From: Eremomyces bilateralis CBS 781.70
Taxonomy: Eukaryota
Reading direction: 5' to 3' (one strand)
Assembly: GCA_010015585.1 (NCBI GenBank)
Contig: ML975156.1
DNA: 64,000 nt
The first letter of the stretch is position 1, and each line of letters opens with the position of its first letter. The notes under the pieces are model-generated. The model worked only from the letters and a program-made list of their open reading frames with translations. It ran no database searches and was not told the origin of the DNA. The translations under genes were made by a program, and so were the position numbers. This document shows, piece by piece, positions 13,607-27,814 of the stretch.

Positions 13607-13685
13607 CGACCAACTTGGGACTCGAACCCAAAACCTCCACCAAACTCTACCGGAAAGTGGCGATCTACCATTGATCTAGCTGGCC
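13607..13685 (-). tRNA. tRNA-Arg(CCG) with 7-nt intron
   Basis: The reverse complement folds as a cloverleaf: acceptor GGCCAGC/GTTGGTC, D arm GATC-AATGGTA-GATC, anticodon stem CCACT/GGTGG with loop TT-CCG-G-[TAGAGTT]-T, T arm TTGGG-TTCGAGT-CCCAA. A T-run (Pol III terminator) follows, seen as the A-run at 13596-13603 on +. Confidence 0.9.
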
Positions 13686-14152
13686 CGTATCTGCATTGAA
13701 TTTATTAAACTGAATGACAACATAGCGGGGTGATGGATCCAAAGGTCCCACATTGCTCGGCTGTGTTTTGATATGGGACTCCTCGGTTGTGGCGTCAGGG
13801 GTAAGTCTATACTATTGGGACTAATGGTACGCCAGAGCACCACCCCACCAAATATTTAGACATTCAACACCACCTCTGGGCACTTGTAGACTACTACATT
13901 TCATAACACCACAGTTGGAAGCAAGGATTCGAATGAAGTATTTCTCTTGATGATTCTGCTTCGCGATAGTCTTATAGTCGAGTTTGCTCCAATTTGTTGT
14001 GGGCCATTGAATATCCATTTCTAGCGGTGTGTCCTGTTGTGCTGCGTTCTCGATTCTCGCACGAAATATGTCTCGATCTGTTGGTGCCCCAAATCAATGA
14101 CAAGTCAGATTGTTTTATCAATAACGTTTCATTTCAAGGTGATAGCTTGTAG

Positions 14153-15992
14153 TCTTCAAATCGGTCGCCGCCCTATCAGTTTCATACAACATGTCAGACA
14201 TCCCGCGCTGTCTTCAGGCCGGCCTTCTCCACCTTGGAGGTATACGTTTGTATGGTGATGTCTGACTCGCTGTAATCGGTGGGAGAATACCTAACATATC
14301 CTAGGCAAGCTTTGGACTCTCCCAATCTAAGACCCGCAAACCAGTGCGGGCTCAAGATGGTGCTCTCTTCGCATTCTCCGATACAAAGGATGGTTACGTC
14401 CAAGTGTAAGTCCTTGACCTTGACCTAATATCCATGCTGCTAACAAGTCAGGCCGCCATTGTGGTTGAGGTAATACAGCCAGCCATTACTTAGGGAAGAT
14501 GGTCTGACCGATCAGGGACCACTGCCGCTGCCCAACATGTTTCCACCCAGAGACAAAGCAGCGACTCATCGAGACATTCCTTGAAGTAAGTGCACAGATG
14601 TGGCTCTCCCACTAGACTGACGGCATACAAGCTGCCAGAGGATATACATATTTTAGACGTACGGGAGGAAGGGGATTTGGTGCAAGTTTCCTGTCAGTCC
14701 AAAACACCCGCCTACTTTGCATACTATCGCTGATGAGATAGTCTCCGATGGCCATACCTCGCAATATCCCAGAGATTGGCTTGCAGCGAGTGCATTGAAA
14801 GGAAAGACGAGGGCGGTTGGACGACAGGGCACGACTGAGTAAGTCGTTGCACTGTTGCATCTTCCACAACTTATATCGTCAGTGTCGTCCTCTGGTCGAG
14901 TGAAACCGACTTCAAGCAAACGCCGGTCGAGGTTGAATATGCGAAGGTTATGGAATCCGACGAAGGCGTGGGGGAGTGGCTTCTGCTCATTGTAAGTGGT
15001 GGTCCATTCTTGAATGAGTCGACTAATATGATTCAGCGCAAATACGGGTTCGCATATGTCAACGGCTGTCCGGCCACGCCTGAAGCGACGGAGAAACTTT
15101 TGGAAAGAATTTCCTACATTCGAAACACGCATTACGGTCTATAGTACCCATACTTTGATACCCCGACAATGCTAATATTTATAAAGGGGCGTTTTGGGAC
15201 TTCACCGCCAACATGGCAGCTAAAGACACGGCGTATACAACGCTAGCGATCGGCTCTCATACGGACACAACATACTTCTCCGATCCATGTGGCCTGCAGA
15301 TGTTCCATCTTCTTTCCCATACTGGCGGCCAAGGAGGAAAATCTCTGCTTTCCGACGGCTTCGCCACTGCGAAAGCCCTTCGGGATGAAGATCCACAAGC
15401 ATACAAGATTTTGAGCGAAGTGCCAGTTCATTCTCATGCAAGCGGCAATGAGGGTCTCAGCATCCAACCGTTCCAGACATACCCTGTTTTGAACCACGAC
15501 ACTCAATCGGGGGAGCTCATCCAAGTGCGATGGAATACCACGGATCGGGCTGCGATTGACTTGCCACTTGAAGATATGGATCTCTGGTACAAGGCAGCAA
15601 GGTACGCAGTCCGCTGGGACAGTTGAGCTCTACTAACAGGACCAGGAAATGGGCACGGCAACTTGAGCATCACCATTACTGGGAACAATTGCGGCCAGAA
15701 CGTCCACTGAGTATGTATTTCATCCGCACTCACCTTGAAATAATCCTCTCAAGTCAACCCAGCGATCAGCAAGGATTTCATTGCTCTTTGTTCTTCGAAT
15801 CCATCAGTGTCCGAATTATATGCTTACATTCTGATAGTATTCGACAACTGGCGGGTCCTCCATGGTCGGTCGAACTTCACTGGGAAACGACGCCTCTGTG
15901 GTGGATATATTAATCACGACGACTTCATTTCCAGGTTCAAAATGACAAATTTTGGAGAAACAAAGGTCTTGGAACAGGTATCACTAGGGTAA
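14153..15992 (+). CDS. Trimethyllysine dioxygenase (TauD/gamma-butyrobetaine hydroxylase family; carnitine biosynthesis); 5' end unresolved
   Basis: Exons encode LWLRDHCRCPTCFHPETKQR (Zn-binding N-domain), KYGFAYVNGCP, DTAYTTLAIGSHTDTTYFSDPCGLQMFH (HxD iron motif) and FDNWRVLHGR...RRLCGGY. Many short introns; the start coordinate is approximate. Confidence 0.85.
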
Positions 15993-16717
15993 AGCCTAGC
16001 GAAGTTCAAAGCATGACGGACCAGACAACGCGCCAAATTATCATACAAAAAAAGTCCTTCAACAGGGCTAGTATTCACTCTTCCATATCCAGGTTTTCAC
16101 AGCATCCAAAATGGAACGGTTTGAATCTCTTCATACACTAATCTATTTCGTCTATTCAAGTGGGTCTTCACCGTTGGATGCCCTCCTCCGGCTTACGGAA
16201 AAGAGGATTCTATTTCGTTTATTTCAGCGAGTTTTTGGCCGTTGGATGCCCTCCAGCCCACGGCAAATCAGGGTTGTATCAACTTACTAGCCTAATAAGG
16301 GAAAATCCTATATCTTTCGATAAGTAGGAAGCAACGGTATAGGCCTTTCGGCACCCCGAGGATAGGATTCCATGTCCTCAGTTTCTTCCAATTCGAATGT
16401 AACAAACTATAATTTCCTACCTTACTGTGTGTTGTTCTTAAGTTGACATTTTACCAGTATGCTGGTGACTGTGGGTATCTGCTAGTTTCTATCGACTCAT
16501 CCACTTGATGTAGTTATCATGATTGTCCACATGCATTATTACTGATTCATTATCACAAACAATCTTCATCATCATGGATGTTGAATATTTAATGTACTCT
16601 AACTTCAGAACTTCCCCACTTTCTTTTCTTCTGCCAAAACATGTTCTGCTTCTCCGACATTCTGCAGACTTGCTTTTTCCAACCTCACTTCTGTAGAACT
16701 TGTCCAATATCACAAGG

Positions 16718-16787
16718 CGTTCCCTCTCCAGCTTTCCCTCTCTAGCTTTCCCTCTCCAGCTTTTCCTTTCCAGCTTTTCCTCTCCAG
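16718..16787 (+). repeat. Tandem repeat, 5 x 14 bp (CTTTYCCTYTCYAG)
   Basis: Units at 16718 (degenerate), 16732, 16746, 16760 and 16774, read directly. Confidence 0.85.
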
Positions 16788-18652
16788 ATTTCCGTTGTTT
16801 CTGACTAGGCTTTGCTTCCCAAAGCGTACAATCAGCACGATGAGTACCCCACCTCGGAGACCATCCCAGACTGGGCAACCCCCCTTCATCGTCTCAATGC
16901 GATCGTCACAGAGTCCTCGTCCTCCTCAAAGTCCCGGTCATGGCAATTCTTCGCCCTCACCATGTCCCGGTTCTTCCTCATCGACTCCAAGACCATCCTC
17001 ACAGAGTCCTCAGGCTGGTGCGTCGATCTCGCCACCATCAGTGACAAATTGCGAAGTCGGCCGTGAGATGATCATCGTAATTCCTTCTGTCAACAGGACT
17101 GAACCCGGGTAGTTTCGGTCGAAGCCGGTTTTAACTACTCGCAGATTCATCGCCGCGCCAAATTGTCCTTGTCGAGTCGAGAAAGTGACTCCAAGTCCTC
17201 GAGAATGGGATGAAGCTTGCGTAAAAGCGTTTGGGCTTCTATTGTATAGAAGCTTAGCACCATATGCTCATGTTTGGCGGTCGACACGGCGTGATGGAAG
17301 GCCCTCGAGAATCTGATCTTGATTTTTCGCTTCGTCGCAAAACCACCAGGGCATGGAATGTTCCGCAACGATCGTGACCATTTTTTAGAAACTGGCCCGG
17401 AATTATTGCGCATCTGGGCTGGTCACGTCGATAGCGAAAGCCTTGCTCCCAAGTCGGATCCTTTTTGGAACTCGGGTGCATTGTGTGAAACCCACTCCAT
17501 GTGAGCGAGGCAGATTTTTCTTCGAATCTGCTTCGCGGCCTACCATCTCCGTTTTAGGCGCTCGAGCGCTATGAACTAGAGGGTCAATATTTTCTCTATC
17601 TCGAGAAGCAAACCTTTTTTTTAGGAGTGGACAACAAAACTGAACACAAGGACAGGTCTTCTAAAGAAAGATGGAATCCTGGATGCACCCACTTCCGAAC
17701 AAAAACGCAAAGCATGGAATACTGGGTATTCTGTATAGTTTGAGATTTGAGCATCCAGAACTTGCGTATACGACTGAAACCCACTGCGTGAGGACGTAAC
17801 ATCAAATACAGCTAAGTCTCACCGAATCTCATAGTTGGGACACTATTCCGAAGCATGAATTTGATGTGCCAAAAGAAGAAGATTCATGGTACGGCTGGGA
17901 AAGGCTGTCCTTTTGAGGAGGGGAGGGCGAGAAGAAATTACTGAAAATAGGCACTGAAATTGTTTGATGGAGCTGAATTGCAAACGATACTCAAGCAAAT
18001 CGATTCGTGACTCAGGTTATGAATGAACAACAGTTCGGTTGGAACCTGAGAGGATGACGTACCAGTCCAGCCTATGTCACGGAACGCTACACCGATCCGC
18101 CTTGAGATGCAAGTTATATAAAATCAGTTGTAGATTTGAAGATTTGGAAACCCTGGTAGACTTCAGGGCCGTCAATTCCCTCTCCCATCTCTCTTGCGGG
18201 TTGAAAAGGTGGCATCGCCGACCGACTCGGCGGAGAGGATTTCTCAGCTGAGCAGCGGAAGAGCGGGATGAGAGCTGTTGTAGACCGCAAAGGGTTGGAT
18301 GCTGACCAGGTAAAATGAAAGGCTGCTAGACATCGCTGCGACATAGGTCAGGAAAGGAACGTGGGACAAGTGGAATGACTTCGAAGCTCTTTCAAGAGGT
18401 GATTGGTATGACACTATGCTGTGAAGCCACGCCTCCGACAAAAGGGCGTCTCAGCACTATTGAGGCCGGTGGCCAATATTTGACTGCTTTCCGCTCTCTG
18501 TCCGCCGCTTTGCGGTCGGGTTCTGAGCCGTTTGCTCAGTGTTTGTTGTATGCGCATGAATCGCTGACCCCAACCGCCCACCAAAATAGAATGACCATGA
18601 ACACCAGGGAACGCCATTGATGCGTCCTTGAAGGCATTGCAGAGCATCCACT

Positions 18653-19491
<839 letters not shown>

Positions 19492-19526
19492 TCAATGAGA
19501 GAAGCTGTACTTCTGACATATTCGAA

Positions 19527-19558
19527 GACGTGACGGACGTCAGGACGTGACCGACGTG
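19527..19558. promoter_or_regulatory. Cluster of four GACGT (CRE/ATF-like) motifs in the DPM1/U2SURP bidirectional promoter
   Basis: GACGT at 19527, 19536, 19544 and 19553 within a ~320-bp divergent intergenic region. The function is inferred. Confidence 0.35.
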
Positions 19559-19756
19559 TCGTTGACAAACGCACAGACCATATGAAGCTTGAGATGCCAT
19601 TTGGGACATCAAGGTGCCAGTCTGCCAGATAGCCAGTCACATCACTTCTACAATCCTTCTGCTCAGATTCAATCTCAATCTGTTTAGCAGTATGCCCATG
19701 CTCATCTTCATTTAGAGGGTTAATATCACCTGTTCACAACCTCGACGTTAACCAAT

Positions 19757-22147
19757 ATGAGTGAGAAACCGATCAAGCAGTTCCCTTCCCTTGCGACCAA
19801 ACTCAGCGCACCGAGCAAGAAATCCGTCTTTGAACGCCAAAAGGAAGAGGCGGAGGCCAAGCGAACACGAGAAGATGCAGAGACAAAGGCTGCATATGAG
19901 GAATTTGTGAAGAGCTTTGCCGGGGATGAAGACGAGCATGACCGACATGATGCTGGACCCCGAAGGCGGGTTGGAAATGCCGGGTTCGGTGCGACCAAAA
20001 GACACTTCACACCAGTCCAGAGAAAGTCGATGATAGGCAGTGGCCCGGGCAGCTTGGGACCTCCGAGCTCGATTTCAAAGAAGCGAACCGCAGACGGATC
20101 CTCGATACCACGGAATGAAAGAGATCGACCGATATTCGCATACAATGAGGAACATCCACGGCAAACGGCTGTATCCCGATTTGCACTTGACGATGATGAA
20201 GCGGACATCGTGGAAGATCATACCGAAGCGTCGGAGAAAGCAGCAGCCAGGCCAACCCTTCGGATGAGCAACCTACCACCAGGAATGACCGGCATCCTAG
20301 TCAAGTCGCTTCTACCTGGTTTACTGCGAGTCGAGAATGTCCGTATACAATCGAACCGTACAACTCAGTCATTGGACACGGATAGGAGATCCGGAGTAGC
20401 AATCGTGACATTGGCCAAGGACACACCAGCCAGTGACATTGATTCCGCCGTCTCCACACTGCAAGGGCGATATCTGGGTTGGGGATATTATTTGAGCCTA
20501 GGAAGGCATCTCTCCTCCGCAGCACTAGCACCGGGTCTCCCAGATTTGAGCAAGATTTCTGCAAGTCTTCCTTTCGGTGCTAAAGCGATTATGCAACCAT
20601 CCTTTAACCGAGTTCCTCCCGGGGGTTTGAAGGGTTCATTCGCACCACCAGAATCCCTTGGTGGAAGGCAAAATATAGTCAAACAAGCTCCATCACAAAT
20701 CATGGTTGGTCCGCCTTCGGACCTCCAGCAAATCAAAATGATCCACAAAACCGTGGAGGCCATCATCAAACATGGGCCGGAGTTTGAAGCTCTTCTCATG
20801 TCAAGACCCGATGTTCAGAGGCAAGAGAAATGGGCTTGGATTTGGGATGCTCGAAGTACTGGAGGTGTTTGGTATCGTTGGAGATTGTGGAGCATCATGA
20901 CTGGAACCGATCATGAGAACCGTGGAGGGCATGGCCACTCCGGACTCAACGCCGTTTTTGATGGAGGAGCGCCATGGATGGCACCTGATGCTTCATTGCG
21001 TTTCGAATTCTCCACCAACTTCGAACAATTCGTAAGCGATTCCCTCGACTATGACTCGTCGGAAGAGGACCATTCGGATGAAGAGGAAGTTGCAAAGCAG
21101 CGATCAAAACGCGAGGGTCAGGATGTAGACAGCTACGAGGAATCCTATCTAAATCCCCTGCAAAAAGCGAAACTCACATACCTATTGGCACGGCTTCCTA
21201 CATCGACTGGTCGACTTCGAAAGGGAGATGTCGCCCGGGTGACGGCTTTTGCCATTTCGAATGCATCGGCAGGGAAGGAAGTTGCGGATTTGATCGCAGC
21301 CAATGTCGAACGACCATTTGCATATTCCAAGGCGAATCAAGAACCCGACATTGAAGGCGGTCCTGAAGATGACGAACGATTGAAGTTCGATCATATCTCC
21401 ATGGAAGACTCTGAAAATCGAGGGACGAAAGATCAATCGGCATCAAAACTCATTGCATTATATGTTGTTTCAGACACCCTTCAATCTTCCAGCGTGTCGG
21501 GTGTTCGGCATGCTTGGAAATATCGTCAATTATTCGAGGCGGCACTGACTCAAAGGAAGATCTTTGAGCGTTTGGGTGAGATGGAGAAGGTTCTCGGATG
21601 GGGAAGATTGAAAGCCGAAAAATGGAAGAGAAGTGTGATGAATCTTCTCAATCTTTGGGAGGGTTGGAGCGTCTTCTCTACTGAAGGACAGGAGAAGTTC
21701 GTACAAGCGTTCAATCAAGCGGCAAATGCGGAGAAACCCTCGGAGTATCCTGAAGAGAAGCCATTAGTGAAGACGGATCGCTCAAGATGGAAAGCAGTTG
21801 ATGCCGACGAGCCAAGGCAGAATGATGCTTCTCCGAATGCAGAAGCCAAGCCTGGAGAGGGTAGTTCGGGGGACATAGATGCAATGGATCTGGACGGCGA
21901 AGCCATGGAAGACAATCTTGATGGCGAGGCCATGGACGATCTAGATGGTGAAGTAATGGACGAAGAGTTGGACGGTGAAGAAATGGATGAAGACGTCGAT
22001 GGGGTGCCGGTAGGGACCGAGCCGGACGCTGGAGTATCTGAACCGCCAGAACTCAGTAAAACCTCACAACAGGTGAACGAGACAAAGGCACGACCAGTGC
22101 GTCCACGAGCAGTCGACATGTTCGCTGACTCGGACTCGGATAAGTAA
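19757..22147 (+). CDS. U2 snRNP-associated SURP-domain protein (SR140/U2SURP-like; RRM, SURP, CID)
   Basis: 796-aa ORF with an RRM-like segment (PTLRMSNLPP), SURP (IHKTVEAIIKHGPEFEALLM...WYRWRLW), a CID-like region (KLIALYVVSD, WKRSVMNLLNLWEGW) and acidic DLDGEAM repeats. Confidence 0.75.
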   Translation: MSEKPIKQFPSLATKLSAPSKKSVFERQKEEAEAKRTREDAETKAAYEEFVKSFAGDEDEHDRHDAGPRRRVGNAGFGATKRHFTPVQRKSMIGSGPGSLGPPSSISKKRTADGSSIPRNERDRPIFAYNEEHPRQTAVSRFALDDDEADIVEDHTEASEKAAARPTLRMSNLPPGMTGILVKSLLPGLLRVENVRIQSNRTTQSLDTDRRSGVAIVTLAKDTPASDIDSAVSTLQGRYLGWGYYLSLGRHLSSAALAPGLPDLSKISASLPFGAKAIMQPSFNRVPPGGLKGSFAPPESLGGRQNIVKQAPSQIMVGPPSDLQQIKMIHKTVEAIIKHGPEFEALLMSRPDVQRQEKWAWIWDARSTGGVWYRWRLWSIMTGTDHENRGGHGHSGLNAVFDGGAPWMAPDASLRFEFSTNFEQFVSDSLDYDSSEEDHSDEEEVAKQRSKREGQDVDSYEESYLNPLQKAKLTYLLARLPTSTGRLRKGDVARVTAFAISNASAGKEVADLIAANVERPFAYSKANQEPDIEGGPEDDERLKFDHISMEDSENRGTKDQSASKLIALYVVSDTLQSSSVSGVRHAWKYRQLFEAALTQRKIFERLGEMEKVLGWGRLKAEKWKRSVMNLLNLWEGWSVFSTEGQEKFVQAFNQAANAEKPSEYPEEKPLVKTDRSRWKAVDADEPRQNDASPNAEAKPGEGSSGDIDAMDLDGEAMEDNLDGEAMDDLDGEVMDEELDGEEMDEDVDGVPVGTEPDAGVSEPPELSKTSQQVNETKARPVRPRAVDMFADSDSDK

Positions 22148-22221
22148 CGTAGGATACGAAGATGAAATGCTATCAGTTGATTTTGTCAACAGTCCTTCGA
22201 CATTTTCAACCCTCGGAGGTA

Positions 22222-24526
22222 TCACAGCCCTGCAAGTGCAGCACAATATGCCAAATACCAAGTCCTTGAAGCTCCACCATCGATCCAACTCATGTCAAAA
22301 TTTGGTTGAGAAAAGAATTCGAATGCCTTTTTTGGATTCACAAGAGCCAAGTTCGCGTATAAGATCCCTCTCCAGCCTCCATCAACTTGGTTACATCGAC
22401 CATTGCTGAAGTATGTATTCCACTCTTCTTCCACGAATTGAACACTTCGAATAAGGGCTGATGTTGGATTCAAAGGGATCATGTGGATGCCTTGAATATA
22501 TTCGAGGTTGGACCCAAAGTATGTCGCATGATCTCCCTTGTTTTCGAACAAGATGCCTGTCACTTTGTTCCCAATGAATTGAGGAGGATGAATGTTGTTT
22601 TTTGACTCCATGAGAAAATACGTCGGGAATGACCTGGCTTGAATTGCAAGCATGAGATTTCCACGAGCCTCCAAATTTCGATCGCCAGTGACTTTTCCCC
22701 ACATCTTGAGTGCGTAGGAAGCAAAGGCATCTTCACTTGTACTCTCTTGATCTTTGCCATCGGCACTCTCAAAAAGACCCTTCGCCCAACTATGGCCATG
22801 ATACCAGTCAAAGGATCGAGAAAATGGGAAATATTCATCACACACGGGAGAGGCGAAGTCCCGAACGAGCATGTTCACCCAGGACGTATGCCGCAGATCT
22901 TGTAACCAGCTTGGATCAAGATACCCGATCATTGCAGCAGCGTAGACGTGATAGCCGTAGTGGAAGTGATGGTCGTTGTACCATGAATTGCCGAAGTCTG
23001 CACCTGGTCCATCTTTCATTCCTGCGATCGAGATGACCCCTTTCCAGACCTGGTCATAGGCGAGAGGGTTGGGCTGTTTGTTGGAGATGAACACAGCAAA
23101 AACTTGTTTCAATTTCTCCAGTCCGGATTGAACAAGGTCCGGACACTCGACAAGATCGCGGAGGACAAAAAGCATCATTGCAACTATCACAATTAGGTAA
23201 CGGAGCAGCATATTGAGGTTGGCACATACATTTCGCTAATCCTTTGCCGCTAAAATACATGCTATCCAAGCAGCATTGTGAGAGGAAGTCCTGTGCTATT
23301 TCTTTCTCGCCCACAGCTCTTATCGTTCGAGTCGCAGCAGGAGAAACATTTGTTATAGAGCCCTTTGCCGGATGCCATGGTGCGAACCCGATATCAATGG
23401 GAAGCCTCTCCCTCATTGTCCAGCAATCCGACATGACTGCAACCGCCAGTCCTTTCGTGGTTGTCTGCAAATGAAGATTTCGAACCGCCATGACGGTGTT
23501 CCTGTCAAAAGAACTGGCGTGATGCGGAAGCGCAAACCTAGAGTGTGTCAATATGCCAAAAATGAAGTTGGAAATCTCCCCGACGTCAACTCCGGGGATA
23601 TACTTCGTTCTTCCCGGATGCTCTACTTACATCAGAAGCGGGTTTTGTAAGCCAGACTTCGTCCATTTCAAATGATACTGGCAATTATCGTCTGACACCT
23701 CTGCAGATAAATCGCAGGATATGGCATATGTTCCAGCGCAGGTATCGTAAATTTCCTCCGAGGCACCTTTGGGAAGTTTTGCAACTTGAATCATTCCGCC
23801 AAACCCATCACGTCCCTGTAATGTCGTGTTATTGACCATCGAAAGACTTTCTCTGTGGCCTCCATATGGAGTTAGATAGATCATCCAAATCGAGCCATCT
23901 TCGAGAAAAGCGCGAAACTTTGAAGTGATATTCCGGAGCGATCCTGCCGGCTCCATCCCCCTGAATAAGACTGAACTTTGAATAAGGGGCCTGCATGATT
24001 TGTAAAGAGCAGTCACAAAGCCCATGCCTTGAAGCAGCGGAAATGTTATGAGGGGTGGAAATCCAGCCTGTGACAGGTTGACATTCACACTGAATGCTGT
24101 CAATGAATCGGTTGTCAATACGCTTGAAGGATCTAGTTCGGTAGCCGAGAGAATCATAGACTGGATCCCAACAGGGTTGATGAAATATTGTACGGCACCG
24201 CTTGGTTTCAAGGGCCCTAACGCAAGCTGATGACGTTCAATATGAGAGATGCTGATTCCCCAACTCTTTGCATTTCCTCTGCCCTTGGCCCATGAGACTG
24301 AGTACGGATGTGTCCATACCGAGTTTGACCGATCACCCAAGAGCATATTCGCATAAAACTTGTTGGTTTGAAGAGGATACTCGGCGGGAGAACCTAAGGG
24401 AATCTGTCTTGGATCATCCATGGGGGCTGACCTTGTGAAGACACCATCTCTTCGCACTGGATGATCTGAGCGGGATGGGATTGGAGGTGACTCTGAGGAG
24501 ACGGGGGTGAAAATATTGCCAGCCAT
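22222..24526 (-). CDS. Endo-1,3(4)-beta-glucanase, GH81 (Eng2/Acf2-like, no signal peptide)
   Basis: Motifs LQTNKFYAN, DFGNSWYNDHHFHYGY, HSWAKGLFESADGKDQESTSED and IDGGASRTWYL across three exons. Confidence 0.92.
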
Positions 24527-24776
24527 TTTCCCCCATAACAAGAGGATGCGGGTTATTGATTGGAACTGCAGGTCGAGGATTGTGAAGGTTATTCTTGACC
24601 TGCACGGAAAACATCCCGATCCCACCGATGACCGATGTCACAGCGATGACGAAGGTACTACAGCGAACCATAAGATCCACAACGTCAAATGATTCAACTT
24701 CAAACCCCGACTCCAACTGTTCCATCCGCATATCCCTCACACAGCCAGCCACGGATTAAGTCCGAATCTATGAAGT

Positions 24777-25462
24777 ATGTTTGCTCCATATCAAGATGCT
24801 CCACCGGAACAAGCCCGGGCGATGTCCCCCCCTCTTCAAGGCACATCTCCTCGCCGAGTTGCTTCCCCTCCAATCTCCCGTCCACTCTCTCCTCCGGTTC
24901 CAACAAGAAGTCCAGTGTCGTATCCCAGGGCCGATGAACAGTCCGGTGGTATAGACCGAGGAAGGGATGCTGTGGATTTGTTCGCCACGAAGCTTGGATT
25001 ACGGATGGACATCGAGGCATGTTTGGCATATCTGTTGCTTCCACCCGCTGGACCCGTCATGCTCCTTGTCTTTGAGAGTTGGAGTGACTATGTGAGGTAT
25101 GTTCTTTCAGGCGTTCATATCCATCTGATAGTTTCACTGACTGTATGACAGGTTCCACGCATGGCAATCAAGTCTCTTATTCGCCTTTCTCTTCGTACGT
25201 CAGCGCTCCATTCTAGAGGATCGCCTTCTCACGATATTAGATCATACACATCATCTTCTCATGGACGAGCATCATATCATATCTCCTTCTCGTTGTGGAT
25301 ATCCTCCTAATAGCGTGGTTGACATATCGCGCATATAGTGATGGTATGTCACCTTATCGCCTGTGTTTGGATCATCTGCTAACCTATTTAGCGGAGACGT
25401 TGGATCGATATCAGATCCCATTCTTTGGACCATTGGCGAGCTCTATCGTTGACGATGAATAG
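24777..25462 (+). CDS. Small membrane protein, UPF0132/DUF4870-like (multi-exon)
   Basis: LGLRMDIEACLAYLLLPPAGPVMLLVFE..SDYVRFHAWQSSLLF, further short exons, ends ...SIVDDE* at 25462. Confidence 0.7.
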
Positions 25463-25887
25463 AGTACACATCAAGATACCAAAGAGAGGATTGGTGCCAT
25501 GTCATGCACTTCGAATTGATGATACCCATTTGTATAGTAACGGGATGTGAAGGTTGTTTCACTACCTAAGACCTAAGTAATGAGGCGGAATTATGTAAAT
25601 CTGACAATGCAGTGTCATTTCTCATGGAACGATGTCCTTGGCTGTCAGACCCGGTTGCATGAATAATTCCTGTCTCTTTAGAATTTGTATCGCTTCCCTT
25701 GCACCAAGCTAATCGCACAATCGTTAGCAATTACTCCAAGGATACCAGAACAAAGGTCCCCTATGTTCATGGAATGCCCATGTTACGGGATGCCCATGAG
25801 ACCAACAAGCATAGTCTAGTCAATTTCCGGAGAAGAATCACCCCTCTGTGAGGTCCCTATCAACTTGACGAATCGGAAGCCCCTAGG

Positions 25888-27814
25888 TCATAGCTCTTCG
25901 TCCACCGGCTCAATATCCGTGCCTGTCTGAGTCAATGGCTTGGTAGGTTCTTTGGGGAGAATCTTCTCAAACGTCAAAGGAGTTGTGGTTTCGATATCGT
26001 CCACAATTCCCGCAGCACCCGCATCAGAAATACTGGCCCTTTGTCGTTTGAATGGACTGCCGGCGACATCCGTCGACTCTTCCGCCAGCTTGGTTGCCGC
26101 AGTTGTAGGACCCAGAGTCCCATTTCCAACGGTTGGGGAGCCAGCTACCTTCTCTTTGTCTGCCGATTGAGCCCCTGATATAGGTTCAATGTTGACGGTG
26201 GTGCTTGTTGCATCAAGAGATGTGGCGACAGGCTCAGCTGAGTGTTGTCGTTTGAGCTAGGAATGTTAGCGGACACTCGACAGCGCTGTTGGAAGAAGAC
26301 ATACTTTGATTTTTCGCACGCCTTCACTGACACCTTCAAGACGCGCTGCATCCTCAGGACTCAATAGATCTGGTTGTGGATCCTTCTCGTCATCCTCATC
26401 TTCATCCTGGTCATCCTCATCTTCATCGCTCTCCATATCGTCATCTTTTGCGCCATTCTTTCCGGGAATGGACGGTTTAGCATGGGAATCCCGATATCCA
26501 GCGAAGTTTTTGGTTCCGGTTTTCTTGTTGAGCGGCTTCAGATCCCCAAAATCCACCTGTGACCGCCGTTTGGAAGAAGGAGCGGTCGCCTTGGATGGGG
26601 TCGATGTCGGTAGAATGCCCATTTTCTGCAGTTGACCTAAACCATGTATCAGCAACTGATCAAGTAGAGGGTGTGTGATTCTTACGCTGTCCCCTGTATA
26701 GGAACGTGAAGACGGCATATGGTCGATCAGAAGGATCGATGCCGGTCACAGTTTGAGTTGAAATACTCTTGGGATCCAAAGCTTTTGGTTTCGCGAAACT
26801 CGTCGTGTGATCGACATCTGCTTCACTATTCTCTCCACCTTGACTTTGCCCTTCCTCATCATCGTGAACATCGAATTGCGGGCTATATTCGCCTCTCTTG
26901 ATCTCACCTGAAGCAAGGACGCGGAATAATGCGACCTTGATCTGTCCCGCAGCTTCTGGCACGGGCGGATCATCGTCCGAATCGGAGTTGGACGTAAATA
27001 TCGCGTCATCATCCGACAGGGCTTCGACCGGAGCGGAAGTATCTTCACCATATCGCAATACTCCATTCCGTTCCTTGAGCTTTTTTCTCCTAGACTCGAT
27101 GAAGGATTCCAATCCCAAACCCAAGTCCATGCTGTCCATTCCATCTCCATCTCCTTGCTCTTCTTGTTTGATCTTCTCTCTCCGTTCTTGCTTTTCGCGT
27201 CGCTTCCTTTCCAAACGCTGCCTTCGTCGCTCGATTTTCGCGGCTCGATCTTTGTCCTTCCCCTCTAAATCCAATCCGTTGAGCCATCGTTCAAGACCGA
27301 CTTCGCGGAAGATGAAATCGCGCTCGGCAAGCCCTCCACCTTCGGATTCCGGAATTGATACCCATCGGCTGTTCACCCACGTCTCTTCACCACGTCGAAG
27401 AAGGGTCGCAACTTCTTCCTTTGGGCGACCATCGAAATAGATGTATGCCGCGATGGTTTCGTTCGGATTGGAGGTGATTGGAACATAAGGTCCAACAGCG
27501 GGACCCGAGCTGGGAGTAGACTTCTCGCCGTAGCCAGGTAATCCGCTCACAAGCTTCGGTCGAGGATATGGGTTATCTGCGGTTGGTTTCGGAGTGCTGT
27601 ATGGTACCGTTTGACCTGGTGTCAGTAATGTGATACTGATCATGAACTTCGACTGCTCGGGTCGATTGGTTGTGGAGTCTTTGGGTATCGTTGGTGGAGG
27701 AACCGGAATGTAGGCGGTAATTCTCCTATGCTTCGTTTGACGTTGAATGGAATACTCTGGCAAAGGTCCATCCGGAGTATGAACCGACACGGCGAGTCCA
27801 AGAAAGCAGGGCAT
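25888..27814 (-). CDS. Conserved fungal hypothetical protein (multi-exon)
   Basis: 384-aa first exon (MPCFLGLAVSVHT...AAYIYFDGR...AVFTFLYRG) continued by spliced acidic exons. The 3' end is approximate. Confidence 0.6.
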
